A DNA stretch of 61,299 nucleotides from Methanobacteriota archaeon (GCA_018691345.1 JABGTJ010000012.1:1-61299); one strand, 5' to 3'. Positions 1-10,869 are shown, counted from the stretch's first letter. Program-made: numbers and translations. Notes: generated by a model from the letters alone, not told the origin.

Positions 1-129
1 GGTAATTTCCATACGTGCGTTGTTTTTGAAGATAAATCCGTCTCATGTTGGGGAAGAAATGTCAATGGACAAGTTGGCGATTATACAACTGATGATTCTT
101 CGGAACCAATCTTCCTCGAGTTATATTAA
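1..129 (+). CDS. C-terminal fragment of an RCC1-like repeat protein (5' end lies outside the window)
   Basis: Frame 1 is open from base 1 to TAA at 127-129. The translation GNFHTCVVFEDKSVSCWGRNVNGQVGDYTTDD fits the RCC1 blade pattern HxC....dgsv.CWG.N..GQlGd. Confidence 0.45.
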   Translation, partial: GNFHTCVVFEDKSVSCWGRNVNGQVGDYTTDDSSEPIFLELY

Positions 130-255
130 TTGTATAATTTTAAGATTTGCAAAGGACCCCTCTGATTGAACGGGTAAGCAAACCGTACCCATCGTACGGA
201 TGAATCTACGAGAGTATTTTTAGAAGCAACCAATGTTAGGCAAATTGACACTTTT

Positions 256-555
256 TTGAATACACATCAAATACATGCAGTTGAAGCGCTCAACATGCGC
301 TTGGAATGGCCCATCTATGCATTTACTGCCAGTGTCTTTCTCTCTTTTGCTCTAAGCGTTCAGTTCCTCTCCCTAGGCATCGGTGCAGTCGTAGGCTTGT
401 TTGTACTGCTAACCGCAGCCTACGCCTGGGTTGCTTGGGTGATGATTAAGCAAAAGGCCGTTCTCGAACTTCACGCTTACATGACTTGCCCTACATGCGA
501 TGAGTTGACGCCTTCTCAAGGCAAGCACTGCATGAACTGCGGTGCCGAATTGTAG
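256..555 (+). CDS. Small membrane protein with a C-terminal zinc ribbon
   Basis: 99 aa ORF with two hydrophobic segments and a CPTC...(10)...CMNC pair at the C-terminus. The start is non-ATG in the ORF track, so it is uncertain. Confidence 0.4.
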   Translation: MNTHQIHAVEALNMRLEWPIYAFTASVFLSFALSVQFLSLGIGAVVGLFVLLTAAYAWVAWVMIKQKAVLELHAYMTCPTCDELTPSQGKHCMNCGAEL

Positions 556-733
556 CGATATTTACAACGTCAGCCTTCAGATGACCCACATTTCACTGGT
601 GCGCTTCCAACACCCAATGTACAGACATTTCATGCGAGAATACGTTAGGAATTATGCCACTTGAGTTCCATACTGGTGCAAATCGAGATGCTTATGGACT
701 AGAACGCACCTATTTCAATGAACCATTCAATCC

Positions 734-1633
734 ATGAGCATGCAAGGGGATGCTATGTACGACCGATTACTAGGTCACAAGGCAAACGAGACGCTTCGTC
801 ATCTTTGCGTTCGAATCGCAATTTTTGGTTTTTTAACCCACTTATTGTTATGCTTGCTCTACCAACTGTCCCTCATTGATTTCAGTTCACAAACCGGGGA
901 ATTGTTTGATTCCTACCTCGACGCATTGTATACTCCATTTTCTATTTTTCTGGCTTACGAAGTCTACGAATTGATCCGCACCATTCCAGACTCGTTCACC
1001 AATTCGATTGGTAAGCAATTTGAAATCATAACGTTGCTGGTTGTCAGAGATATTCTAAAGAGGCTGTCTGATATTGACGCTTCAACAAGTTCCACCGTTG
1101 ATGACAGCATCACAATCCTAGCCGTGGAATGCTTGGCCTTTTTGATTCTGTTTGGCACTGCCTTGCTCTTCAACAGCGCCAAGCGTGAAACGAACTCAAT
1201 GGCCAACGATAGTGACGGACTTGAGAGGTTTATTTCTCAAAAGAGGCAGCTTGCAATCTTACTGCTTGTGTTGTATCTTCTAACGGCCATGTATTCCCTT
1301 TCAACGTGGACCTACAATGTATTCGAAGGAGACGGAAGCACGAACCGGACCATTTTCTTCCTTGACTTTTTCACGGTTTTGATCATGGCCGACATTCTAA
1401 TTTTGCTGGTCTCTTATCAATACATCACCGATTTTTCGCATTTAGCCCGCAACACTGGATTTATACTCTCAACGGTCATTTTGCGCGTTGCAATCGCTAG
1501 TCCCGGAATGTCAGGGGCAATTCTGTTTATACTCGCTGGTTGCCTTGGTTCAGCAGTCCTTCATTCAGGACTCTTATCCACCCAAAAAGAGCGGCCCTAC
1601 ATCGAAAAAAATGAGCCATTGCTGCACCCATGA
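734..1633 (+). CDS. Multi-pass integral membrane protein, function unknown
   Basis: 299 aa ORF with about 6 hydrophobic helices. I recognised no family motif. Confidence 0.5.
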   Translation: MSMQGDAMYDRLLGHKANETLRHLCVRIAIFGFLTHLLLCLLYQLSLIDFSSQTGELFDSYLDALYTPFSIFLAYEVYELIRTIPDSFTNSIGKQFEIITLLVVRDILKRLSDIDASTSSTVDDSITILAVECLAFLILFGTALLFNSAKRETNSMANDSDGLERFISQKRQLAILLLVLYLLTAMYSLSTWTYNVFEGDGSTNRTIFFLDFFTVLIMADILILLVSYQYITDFSHLARNTGFILSTVILRVAIASPGMSGAILFILAGCLGSAVLHSGLLSTQKERPYIEKNEPLLHP

Positions 1634-1699
1634 TACGCTGCGTATTCGTACTGATTCAACTTAGAGCACCTTTGAAGAGCCACATGCTTTAGCAGACGC

Positions 1700-2587
1700 A
1701 TGGGCGAGAAATTGACCGTACATTCTCGTTCCCCGTTTGAAATCCATCACATACTTACCGGTTTGGAAAAAACTCCAGAGGCATTAATCGAATCGGAATT
1801 GTTTCTTCCTAAAGGAGAAGGTCCGTTCGGCTGCATTATTGCCCTTCATGGCAGCATGGGTTGGGCATCTCATCACCAAGACCACATCAATGGTTGGCTC
1901 GCTGAAGGACTAGCAGTTTGCAAGGTACATTCGTTCACTTCACGTTCGGTCGATTCTACGGTTGATGATCAACTCACTGTGACGCATGCCATGATGCTTG
2001 TTGACGCCTTCCGCACCCGCTCCTTGCTCGAACAAGATTCCCGAATCGGAAAGATTGGGATCACCGGTTGGAGCCTTGGAGGAACCGTTGCTCTCTATTC
2101 GTCTTGGTCGCCAATCTGTACGATTTTAGGTAAGCCATTTGATGCTCATTTACCCTTCTATCCGGCAGCCCACCTGCGTCCTGTTGTTCAAAAATGGACG
2201 GATTCGCCAATATTGATTCTCCATGGGGAGGCTGATGACTGGACTCCACTTCACTTTGTTGAGGGTTTGATGAAGCAACTGCCCAATGCAAACTTGCATA
2301 CCTATCCTGGTGCACACCACTCCTTCGACAGTAAGATGGAATACGCCTTACTTCCCAAGGCAGTACATCTGAACAAACGTACAGCTCGAATCGATAAGAA
2401 CGGCCACATGTCTGGAAATTTATTTCTTGGTATTCGCTGGCCGCTGAATCAACGCTGGCAACGGCGTTGGGTCATACGGATTTTGCGCAACAGGGGTGCA
2501 CACGTCGAGGGGAACCCTGCAGCGCGTGCTGATTCATTGGAGCGTGCCCGAGATTTCTTTGTCCAGGAACTTTCCCACGTAAAGTGA
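1700..2587 (+). CDS. Alpha/beta hydrolase, dienelactone hydrolase-like
   Basis: Nucleophile elbow GWSLGG, ILILHGEADDWTP (acid residue region) and a GAHHSFD histidine motif, in the order typical of the DLH family. Confidence 0.7.
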   Translation: MGEKLTVHSRSPFEIHHILTGLEKTPEALIESELFLPKGEGPFGCIIALHGSMGWASHHQDHINGWLAEGLAVCKVHSFTSRSVDSTVDDQLTVTHAMMLVDAFRTRSLLEQDSRIGKIGITGWSLGGTVALYSSWSPICTILGKPFDAHLPFYPAAHLRPVVQKWTDSPILILHGEADDWTPLHFVEGLMKQLPNANLHTYPGAHHSFDSKMEYALLPKAVHLNKRTARIDKNGHMSGNLFLGIRWPLNQRWQRRWVIRILRNRGAHVEGNPAARADSLERARDFFVQELSHVK

Positions 2588-2968
2588 GGTTGTTTCGGAA
2601 TCTTCGTTCAGTTTCCGCAGCCGCAGCCAGTGGTTTGGCAGGATGCGTCAGTGGTCTCAGCGACCGGTTTTTCGACGGTCTCTTTCTTTGGACGTCGGCG
2701 GAGAATGGATGGCATTCGAACTTTACGCTGGTTCTGAGAGGTTCGGCGGTTCATGTTTATTGCTCACATCCCTCGGATAATAAGTTTGTCTTTGCTGATA
2801 AAAAAGGCATCACAATGCGTAGTGCTTGTGTTGTGAGTGGAAGTCTCTTTTGGTTACGAATATTCAAATGTACGTAGTGTCAACTCCTATTTCAATCATC
2901 GAAGATAAGCAGTAAAGAAACATACAACAGTCAAAGAGTTTTCAAACGACGGGGAAGCGGGGAGTTCC

Positions 2969-3895
2969 ATGGTTGATCTTCTTGGCTACGGCGAGAAAGA
3001 CTCAACACCTCAAAGTCTGGTAACTCTTTTCCTGATTGCTTCAATCACCGTTTTCCTGTTTTTTCGATGGGATATGAGTGAATTGCTGGTTGCGTCTTTT
3101 CCTTCGTTCCATTCATCAACCTTCCCACTACCCCTCGTTTTTGTATGGCGGCTGTCTTGTATGTTGATTGGCGCAAGTGCTGTTGTCTACATGTACCGAA
3201 TGGAGACGGGGAGGATGATTGTTATCGACCATCAGACGCGCAGTGAACGGTTGACACATCCAGTGAAATCCGAAAAGTTCGTAACATTCAGCAGTTGGAC
3301 GCTCCTCTCGAATTTCGCCTACTTTGGTCTTGCTTCGGCCGCTACATTCCTCGTATTCGTAGAGCGAAATGTGCCGCAGTGGTTGGAGACGTTGCAAGTT
3401 GCAGTGTTTGCAACTGCTCTTGGTGCAGCCTTCCTCACTTCGACCATTGTACGTTTTGTCATCCTACCCGGCGAAGTACGTCAACGCAGGAACCATGATC
3501 ATCAATTTCTCTTCCATAACCAGATTATGCATAATTTTGCTGCAGTCTTTCTTACCATCGAAATCCTACTGGCGCAGCCTCATTTGCAACCAGAATTCGC
3601 TCTGTTTGGATTGTTCCTCGGCTTAATCTATGCAGCTTTTGCATATCCATTTGCCTATTTTTGGAGGGGATACTACGTCTACGGTTTCATTGACCCGAGG
3701 TTGAGGTTTGCTCCATTCTTGCAATCGGGATTAGCAAGCGCGATTTCCATTTTCTATCTTGGATTGTGGCTTGGGAGTGAACTCGTATCGTATAATTTAG
3801 TCATCGGGAGCCTTGTTCTTCTTCTCTGGGTTTCTCGTATCGTCCAATTGAAGTCCGGTCTTGCCACAGAAGATGAACTTTTGACTGAGGTGTAA
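2969..3895 (+). CDS. Multi-pass integral membrane protein, function unknown
   Basis: 308 aa ORF with about 8 hydrophobic segments and no recognisable catalytic motif. Confidence 0.5.
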   Translation: MVDLLGYGEKDSTPQSLVTLFLIASITVFLFFRWDMSELLVASFPSFHSSTFPLPLVFVWRLSCMLIGASAVVYMYRMETGRMIVIDHQTRSERLTHPVKSEKFVTFSSWTLLSNFAYFGLASAATFLVFVERNVPQWLETLQVAVFATALGAAFLTSTIVRFVILPGEVRQRRNHDHQFLFHNQIMHNFAAVFLTIEILLAQPHLQPEFALFGLFLGLIYAAFAYPFAYFWRGYYVYGFIDPRLRFAPFLQSGLASAISIFYLGLWLGSELVSYNLVIGSLVLLLWVSRIVQLKSGLATEDELLTEV

Positions 3896-3907
3896 TCTCT
3901 CTTAGGG

Positions 3908-4123
3908 TTATGCGAAGTAAAAATACACCGGGACGATGGAAAATACTGCAATGTAGATGAGTGCTTTTAGTGGCCGAACCCACCAACGGTTTTCTTCCGT
4001 ATCCATAAACTCCCCAACTGCATCAGCGACGGTTCCAAGCGGCAGCAGTGATTCAACGGGCATAAACTGGTCTTGGTACCGGGTTAAAGGAAACTTGTTC
4101 CGTTTTTCATGAAAGAATTTCAT
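3908..4123 (-). CDS. Small tail-anchored membrane protein (hypothetical)
   Basis: 71 aa ORF downstream of, and co-oriented with, 4211-4843. It has a single C-terminal hydrophobic helix (LIYIAVFSIVPVYFYFA). Confidence 0.3.
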   Translation of the reverse strand: MKFFHEKRNKFPLTRYQDQFMPVESLLPLGTVADAVGEFMDTEENRWWVRPLKALIYIAVFSIVPVYFYFA

Positions 4124-4210
4124 CTTTCATCTCTTGCCTGCTTTCTTCGAATCTATGCCGTGCACTTCATGACACGCTCCCTCGGTGATTCGATTCTTCC
4201 AAAGTATCTC

Positions 4211-4843
4211 TTACTTGTGAGGGAATTCATGCCAAAACTTGTCCCATTTTGAAGGCATCATGACGTAATCATAGTCAAATCCACTGGCTGTGCCGTGCGA
4301 ATCGAAGCAAAAAATACTGTGTGATGCAATCTTTTGGCCCGGAATTTTGCAGAGTGCGAAGTAGGTCCAACACAATGTTCCTGAGTTGTTCCAGATTTGG
4401 TTTGGTTCACCAAATTCCTCTCGAACCTCCTCTTGTGTAGAACCATAATGATCGTATATTTCACGCGGAGTGTAGGTCTTACTCCTTCTTCGGTGCGCTG
4501 TAGAGATGAGATCCGGAATGTAAGGTAGCTTCGGGTTGAGCATATTTGCAATTGATGGTACTTTTTCCCATCCGTTCCCGTGGAAAAGTACCCTCCAGGC
4601 TCCGTTTTCTTTTTGACAACATGCGATGACATCGTGTTCTGAAAACCCACTGGTCGCAATACGAACGGGTTCGTCTGGACGGTGGAATGAAGCACACGTT
4701 ACTTCAAGCCAATAGATACCTTCACTCGAGAGGACATCGTGAAGCATCCATGCCCCATCAACATCTGGAAATAATCCCTTACACATCTTTTCAAAATGAG
4801 GTTTGAACTCAACGATTCCCAGCCTACCGTCGTATTGAGACAC
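4211..4843 (-). CDS. Hypothetical cytoplasmic protein
   Basis: 210 aa ORF with balanced composition. The overlapping alternative-frame ORFs look spurious. No family recognised. Confidence 0.5.
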   Translation of the reverse strand: MSQYDGRLGIVEFKPHFEKMCKGLFPDVDGAWMLHDVLSSEGIYWLEVTCASFHRPDEPVRIATSGFSEHDVIACCQKENGAWRVLFHGNGWEKVPSIANMLNPKLPYIPDLISTAHRRRSKTYTPREIYDHYGSTQEEVREEFGEPNQIWNNSGTLCWTYFALCKIPGQKIASHSIFCFDSHGTASGFDYDYVMMPSKWDKFWHEFPHK

Positions 4844-4952
4844 ATGCTGCGCTGCAGTTGTTGAATTATCAATTCATCGTACTTCAAACGCTTTCCGTTC
4901 AAATAACAATCTCGCAGAAACCTCGTTTGAGGGGGGGGGTTCAGCACTCAAG

Positions 4953-4960
4953 ATAATATA
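4953..4960 (+). promoter_or_regulatory. TATA-like box upstream of the cold-shock gene
   Basis: ATAATATA lies 22-29 nt upstream of the GTG start at 4982. This spacing is consistent with a leaderless or near-leaderless archaeal transcript. Confidence 0.3.
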
Positions 4961-4981
4961 CCACTGGTTGAAGCACGAGTC

Positions 4982-5173
4982 GTGGCACAAGGTACAGTAA
5001 AGTGGTTTAACCAAACAAAAGGATACGGATTCATTGAACGAGAAGGCGGAGACGACCTTTTCGTACACATCTCCGAAGTAGAAGGAGAAATTCAAGACGG
5101 GGACACCGTCAACTTCGAAGTCGGCGAAGGTCCAAAAGGACCGAACGCTGTCAGCGTTAGTAAAGTAGAATGA
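4982..5173 (+). CDS. cspA: Cold-shock domain protein (CspA family)
   Basis: The 63 aa product contains [15 protein letters not shown] (RNP1) and DLFVHISEV (RNP2-like). GTG start. Confidence 0.9.
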   Translation: MAQGTVKWFNQTKGYGFIEREGGDDLFVHISEVEGEIQDGDTVNFEVGEGPKGPNAVSVSKVE

Positions 5174-5550
5174 ACATAACAAGTATTGAGGGCCTCAAGC
5201 CCTCATCTCGGTTTATGTCCGATGAACTCTTGGTTGTTCTTACAACCCTCCCTGGAGAGTGGGAAGAATACCGCGTAGGCTCTTTCGCACAACACCTCTT
5301 AGAGTCCGGTGCAGCTTGCGTCGAATATTCCTCTATTCAATCGATCTACAAATGGGAGGGGGAAATCATCTCTTCTAAAGAGTGGAAACTGGAAATTAAA
5401 TTAGCACCTCTTTCAAAGAATCTCTTGCTGAGAACTTTGAACGAATGCCATCCATACGACGTCCCCCAACTGGTTTGTTTGTCCGCAGAAACTTCAGAAC
5501 TCTATTCATCTTGGGCTTCACACCAATCTGCATCACAAACGAAGAACTGA
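5170..5550 (+). CDS. cutA: Divalent-cation tolerance protein CutA
   Basis: Its ATG overlaps the csp stop (ATGA). The pattern VVLTTLP...[11 protein letters not shown]...EWKLEIK...HPYDVPQLV is typical of CutA1. Confidence 0.8.
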   Translation: MNITSIEGLKPSSRFMSDELLVVLTTLPGEWEEYRVGSFAQHLLESGAACVEYSSIQSIYKWEGEIISSKEWKLEIKLAPLSKNLLLRTLNECHPYDVPQLVCLSAETSELYSSWASHQSASQTKN

Positions 5551-5808
5551 GATTCTCTGTTCGGTAGCAAAATATCTACTGGGTTGGAGTGGAAACACAC
5601 CTTGGAGTGGTGTAGTTTTTACATTCAAAAACCGGCCTTTATAGTCTGTGGCTAAAACATGCTATTAACAGACAACTGAGTCACTTTTTAGCAATGGGCA
5701 TACCCTCCTGAAAACGACATCTCGCATCGAGATTTGAGGGAGAACATTATACACTTCCTCGGAAGGCAATTAAATTCCAGCGCGTGAAAGAAACGAGGGG
5801 GATGAGTC

Positions 5809-6855
5809 ATGGTCATAGAACACGGTAATAAATCGAGCCAAAACGACGGATTTGAATTGGATCTTTCACAAGAACATATTGAGCCAATGCTCCAAGAGAA
5901 TTTGGACCGTTTCGTTTTGTTCCCAATACAACAGGCAGAAATTTGGGAAATGTACAAGTTGCATGCCGCATCGTTCTGGACCGCTGAAGAAATTGATTTG
6001 GCTGAGGACGCTAAAGACTGGAAAACTCTAAGCGACAATGAGCGACATTTCCTCAAGCACGTTCTCGCTTTCTTTGCTGCCAGCGATGGTATTGTTAACG
6101 AGAACTTGGTTACCAACTTTGCAGACGAAGTACAATGGGCTGAGGCTCGTTGTTTCTACGGCTTCCAAATTATGATGGAGAATATCCACGCTGAAACGTA
6201 TTCCCTGCTTATTGACACCTACATTACTGATGCCAATGAAAAGGATCACTTGTTTAACGCATTGGAGACCGTTCCATCTGTAAAGAAGAAGGGGAACTGG
6301 GCATTGCGATGGCTTTCTCGTAAGAAAGGCTCCTTTGCACAACGCTTGGTTGCCTTTGCTGCAGTGGAAGGCATTTTCTTTTCAGGTTCGTTCTGTGCTA
6401 TTTTCTGGCTCAAAAAGCGTGGCCTTATGCCTGGCCTCACCTTCTCGAATGAACTTATTTCAAGAGACGAAGGCCTTCATTGCGACTTTGCTTGCCTCCT
6501 TCACAATAAGTTGAACCGTGGTGCTGGTGAAAACATGATTCACCGAATCATTTCAGAAGCAGTCGATATTGAGATTGAATTCGTCACATCAGCTCTTCCA
6601 GTCTCCTTGATTGGAATGAATGCAGAACTTATGCAAGAATACATTCGTTTCGTTGCAGACCGTTTGATGGTATCTCTTGGGGCCAGTAAGTTGTACAACG
6701 CAACCAATCCGTTCCCTTGGATGGAGATGATTTCGATGCAAGGCAAGACCAATTTCTTTGAAAAGAGAGTTGGCGAATATCAGAAAGCCGGTGTCAAAGA
6801 CGGTGGGAACCTCGGAAGCGTCCAACAGCGTTTCTCAGTGGACGAAGATTTTTGA
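5809..6855 (+). CDS. nrdB: Ribonucleotide reductase class Ia small (beta, R2) subunit, eukaryote-like
   Basis: FPIQ..IWEMYK...[27 protein letters not shown], the ENIHAETYS iron ligands, GIFFSGSF and the C-terminal tail SVDEDF. Confidence 0.95.
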   Translation: MVIEHGNKSSQNDGFELDLSQEHIEPMLQENLDRFVLFPIQQAEIWEMYKLHAASFWTAEEIDLAEDAKDWKTLSDNERHFLKHVLAFFAASDGIVNENLVTNFADEVQWAEARCFYGFQIMMENIHAETYSLLIDTYITDANEKDHLFNALETVPSVKKKGNWALRWLSRKKGSFAQRLVAFAAVEGIFFSGSFCAIFWLKKRGLMPGLTFSNELISRDEGLHCDFACLLHNKLNRGAGENMIHRIISEAVDIEIEFVTSALPVSLIGMNAELMQEYIRFVADRLMVSLGASKLYNATNPFPWMEMISMQGKTNFFEKRVGEYQKAGVKDGGNLGSVQQRFSVDEDF

Positions 6856-6914
6856 ACCGTATTCAATGAAAGGGACTTACTGCGAATTCACGAACAACAC
6901 ATGGAGGAAGGAAA

Positions 6915-9308
6915 ATGACAATGCAAGTTGTAAACAGAAAAGGAGAACGAGAAGATGTACGGTTCGATGCCATACATGATAAATTGAAGACATTGACCTA
7001 TGGTCTGGATCCTAACTGGATTGATCCTGGGCACGTTACTAAGTTGACAATTGAAGGATTATACGATGGAGTCACCACACGCGAACTCGATCAACTCGCT
7101 GCTGAGACCGCTGCCTCCCTTGCTTCTCAACATCCTGATTACAGCCGACTCGCTGCTCGCATCTGTGTTGACGACCTCCATCGCTCAACCAAATCGACCT
7201 TCACCGATGTCGTTACCGATCTACGCGAATACATTGACCCTGAATCGGGTAAACACGCACCTCTCATCTCAGAGGAAGTGTTTGCCATCATTATGGAAAA
7301 CGCTGAAGTTCTCAACAATCACATCGATTACAAGCGCGACCACAACTACGATTACTTCGGTTTCAAAACATTGGAACGCTCATACCTTTTGAGATTGAAC
7401 GGAGAAATCGCTGAACGTCCACAACACATGCTCTTGAGAGTTGCAGTTGGTATTCATCATCACAACATCAGCAAAGCTTTAGAGACATACGATTTAATGA
7501 GTCAAGGATACTTTACTCACGCTACTCCAACGCTTTTCAATTCAGGAACACCTACTCCTCAGATGTCTTCCTGTTTCTTGCTCACCATGCAAGACGACTC
7601 CCTCGACGGAATTTATGATACACTCAAACAATGTGCTCTTATCTCAAAGTCCGCAGGTGGAATCGGACTCTCGATTCACCACATTCGCTCCAAGGGTTCG
7701 TACATCAAAGGAACCAACGGACAGAGCAACGGTATTGTTCCTATGCTTCGTGTGTTCAACGATACAGCACGCTATGTAGACCAAGGCGGTGGCAAGCGCA
7801 AAGGTTCAATTGCGATTTACCTCGAACCATGGCACCCGGACATCCTTGCTTTCCTCGATTTGAGAAAGAACCACGGCAAGGAAGAACTCCGAGCTCGTGA
7901 TTTGTTCTATGCACTTTGGACTCCTGACTTGTTCATGGAACGTGTTGAGCAAAATGCTGATTGGTCGTTCTTTTGCCCGAATGAATGCCCGGGTCTTCAA
8001 GATTCATATGGAGCAGAATTCAAAGAGCTCTTTGAATCCTATGAAGCCCAAGGATTGGCTCGTGAAACTCTCCCTGCACGTGTTGTTTGGGATAAGCTGG
8101 TCGAATCACAAATTGAAACTGGAACACCTTACATGTTGTACAAGGATGCAGCAAATGAAAAGTCGAATCAAAAGAACCTCGGAACAATTCGTTCCTCGAA
8201 CCTTTGCACTGAGATTATGGAATACACTGCCAAGGATGAAGTTGCAGTGTGCAACCTTGCATCCATCGCTCTCAACAAGTACGTCGATGTTGACAACCAA
8301 TCGTTTAACCACCAACTTTTGTACGACGTGACATACCACGCTACTGGGAACTTGAACCGGGTAATTGATGTCAACTTCTATCCAGTCGAAGAAGCTCGAA
8401 ACTCCAACATGCGCCACCGACCAATCGGTCTTGGCGTACAGGGTCTTGCAGATACGTTTGCTCTACTCAAGTTGCCTTTCGAAAGCCCTGAAGCACGAAA
8501 GCTGAACAAAGAAATCTTTGAAACGATTTACTTTGCTGCTTGTACCGCTTCCAAAGATGCAGCGATTGCTGAAGGTCCTTACTCGACTTTCGAAGGCTCT
8601 CCTGCAAGCCGAGGCGAACTCCAATTCGACCTTTGGGGAATGAACGATCACAGCGGTCGCTGGGACTGGACTTCTTTGAAGGCAGAAATTGTCGAGAATG
8701 GAATGCGTAACTCTCTATTGGTTGCGCCAATGCCTACAGCCTCAACTTCTCAGATTTTGGGTAACAACGAATGTTTCGAAGCCTTCACTTCGAACCTCTA
8801 TGTCCGAAGAACACTTTCCGGTGAATTCATCGTTCTCAACAAGCACCTGGTTCGTGACCTCATTGAACTCGGTGTTTGGGGAATTGAAATGAAAGATGAA
8901 ATTCTTCGTCACAAGGGTTCGATTCAAAACATCTCTGGAATCCCAGATTCTGTCAAAGAGTTGTACAAAACCACATGGGAAATCAAGCAACGCCATGTCC
9001 TGGACATGTCAGCTGACCGTGGAGCATACGTCGATCAAAGCCAATCGTTGAACATTCACATGGTGGATGCAAACCCGGCAAAGGTCACCTCCATGCACTT
9101 TTACGGCTGGAAGCAAGGCCTGAAGACTGGAATGTACTATCTCCGGACCAAGGCTGCAGCAGATGCAATTCAATTCACTGTTGAAGCCAAGAAATCTGAG
9201 GACCAAACTGTTGGTGGACTCGCTGAGCGTGCTGAAGACATCTCGAGTCTTGAAGCAATTGCGTGTTCACTCGACACTCCTGATGACTGCTTAAGTTGCG
9301 GTTCATGA
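6915..9308 (+). CDS. nrdA: Ribonucleotide reductase class Ia large (alpha, R1) subunit with an N-terminal ATP-cone
   Basis: ATP-cone ([16 protein letters not shown]), [28 protein letters not shown], the SNLCTEI active site and a C-terminal CLSCGS redox shuttle. Confidence 0.95.
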   Translation: MTMQVVNRKGEREDVRFDAIHDKLKTLTYGLDPNWIDPGHVTKLTIEGLYDGVTTRELDQLAAETAASLASQHPDYSRLAARICVDDLHRSTKSTFTDVVTDLREYIDPESGKHAPLISEEVFAIIMENAEVLNNHIDYKRDHNYDYFGFKTLERSYLLRLNGEIAERPQHMLLRVAVGIHHHNISKALETYDLMSQGYFTHATPTLFNSGTPTPQMSSCFLLTMQDDSLDGIYDTLKQCALISKSAGGIGLSIHHIRSKGSYIKGTNGQSNGIVPMLRVFNDTARYVDQGGGKRKGSIAIYLEPWHPDILAFLDLRKNHGKEELRARDLFYALWTPDLFMERVEQNADWSFFCPNECPGLQDSYGAEFKELFESYEAQGLARETLPARVVWDKLVESQIETGTPYMLYKDAANEKSNQKNLGTIRSSNLCTEIMEYTAKDEVAVCNLASIALNKYVDVDNQSFNHQLLYDVTYHATGNLNRVIDVNFYPVEEARNSNMRHRPIGLGVQGLADTFALLKLPFESPEARKLNKEIFETIYFAACTASKDAAIAEGPYSTFEGSPASRGELQFDLWGMNDHSGRWDWTSLKAEIVENGMRNSLLVAPMPTASTSQILGNNECFEAFTSNLYVRRTLSGEFIVLNKHLVRDLIELGVWGIEMKDEILRHKGSIQNISGIPDSVKELYKTTWEIKQRHVLDMSADRGAYVDQSQSLNIHMVDANPAKVTSMHFYGWKQGLKTGMYYLRTKAAADAIQFTVEAKKSEDQTVGGLAERAEDISSLEAIACSLDTPDDCLSCGS

Positions 9309-9438
9309 TCGATTGGCTGAACTTTATACAGTCTCGAACAAGTTAGAACTTACTCGGGGGTTTCAAGCCCTACGGGTAAGGCCCTGAGTGCGTTGCTTAG
9401 TCTCACGCTTCTTTTCCTTGCTCGTAGGCACCTTACAC

Positions 9439-10869
9439 TCAAGCAGAGTGAATGGCATGACCGAGTGTAGCAAGTACACCTTCATGGGTCATTTCTGTCA
9501 TTGTTGGGTGAGCATGGATTGTACCAGCAATGTCTTCGAGTAACGCTCCCATTTCAAGTGCAAGCGTCCATTCACCGACCAATTCACTGATGTGCGTTCC
9601 AACGCCTTGAATACCGAGGATTCGATGATCATCTTCACGAGCACAGACTCGGATAAACCCGGCTGTCTTCTCAGCCTCTTGAGTGAGAGCACGGCCGTTG
9701 GCTCCGAGTGGGAACTTTCCTGTAATTACTGGATGGCCTGCTGCCTTGGCTTCTTCTGGTGAGAGTCCAACGGATACAATCTCTGGTTCTGTAAAGACGA
9801 TTGCAGGAACTGCGACAGGGTCGTATGCACGCTTGTGCCCCGCAATAATTTCCGCTACCATTTCACCTTGGAACGATGCAACGTGTGCAAGCATTTCGCC
9901 AGAGTTACAGACATCGCCAATTGCATAGACTCCACGCATGTTGGTTTCACATCGGTCGTTGACCTTGACAAAACCACGTTCGTCGAGCGCAACGCCGGTC
10001 GGTGCAAGTGATGCTGAATTCGGTTTACGTCCAACAGTGACGAGAACTTTGTCGACAACGACGTTTTGCATTTTCTTCTCGTCTTTTTCGTTCTTGTCGA
10101 TGAAGTTGAGTTGGCTTCTTCCGTCTTTGGTCGTTTCAACACCTTTGGCAAAAACGCCGAGGTGCGTCTTGATTTTTTGCTTCTTGATTGAAATTTCCAA
10201 TGGACGTCGAAGTTCTTTGTCGAAAATTGGTAGAACGCTGTCCATCGCTTCGACGATGGTCACTTCAGAACCGAGCATGCGGAAGGTGATTCCAAGTTCA
10301 AGACCAATATATCCTCCACCAACGATGGCTACATGTTGTGGTAATTCTTCAAGAGACAGTGCTTCTCGGGATGAGATGACGTTTTCAGAATACGGCATGA
10401 ACGGGAGTTCAATAGGGACTGAGCCATTTGCAAGTATCACGTGTTCAGCCTGAATGATCGTCGCATCTTTCCCTTCACCAACTTTGACGGTTTTGGCGTC
10501 TTGGAATTCAGCCCATCCAATGATGAGTTCTGCTCCGGCGTTCTTCAGAAGGTGTTCAACACCTTTGTTCAAACGTGTGACAATGTCTTCTTTCCAGCCA
10601 ATCAAGTTGGCCATGTTGAGTTCAGCAGGGCCAGGGATTGAGATCCCCATGTGTCCGTCGTTGGATTCATGCTTGGATAGGCTGTGGAATTTGTGTGCTG
10701 CATGAATGAGGGCCTTGGATGGAATACATCCTCGAATGAGGCAGGTGCCTCCGGCTTTCTCACCTTCGACGATGATGGTTGAGAGTCCAAGTTGCCCTGC
10801 ACGAATTGCTGCAACATAGCCTCCAGGGCCGGCTCCGATAACGAGAACTTGACATTTTTTTGTTTGCAT
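9439..10869 (-). CDS. lpdA: Dihydrolipoyl dehydrogenase (E3)
   Basis: VLVIGAGPGGY FAD fold, the redox disulfide GGTCLIRGCIPSK and a C-terminal HAHPT motif. I placed the start at the ATG at 10869 (MQTKKCQVLVIGAG) rather than the upstream ORF-track start, which would overlap E2. Confidence 0.9.
   Translation of the reverse strand: MQTKKCQVLVIGAGPGGYVAAIRAGQLGLSTIIVEGEKAGGTCLIRGCIPSKALIHAAHKFHSLSKHESNDGHMGISIPGPAELNMANLIGWKEDIVTRLNKGVEHLLKNAGAELIIGWAEFQDAKTVKVGEGKDATIIQAEHVILANGSVPIELPFMPYSENVISSREALSLEELPQHVAIVGGGYIGLELGITFRMLGSEVTIVEAMDSVLPIFDKELRRPLEISIKKQKIKTHLGVFAKGVETTKDGRSQLNFIDKNEKDEKKMQNVVVDKVLVTVGRKPNSASLAPTGVALDERGFVKVNDRCETNMRGVYAIGDVCNSGEMLAHVASFQGEMVAEIIAGHKRAYDPVAVPAIVFTEPEIVSVGLSPEEAKAAGHPVITGKFPLGANGRALTQEAEKTAGFIRVCAREDDHRILGIQGVGTHISELVGEWTLALEMGALLEDIAGTIHAHPTMTEMTHEGVLATLGHAIHSA

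Noticed and set aside
654-737. 27-codon upstream ORF whose TGA overlaps the ATG of the 734-1633 gene
   Set aside because: It is short, has no recognisable features and no independent promoter signal, so it is most likely chance.
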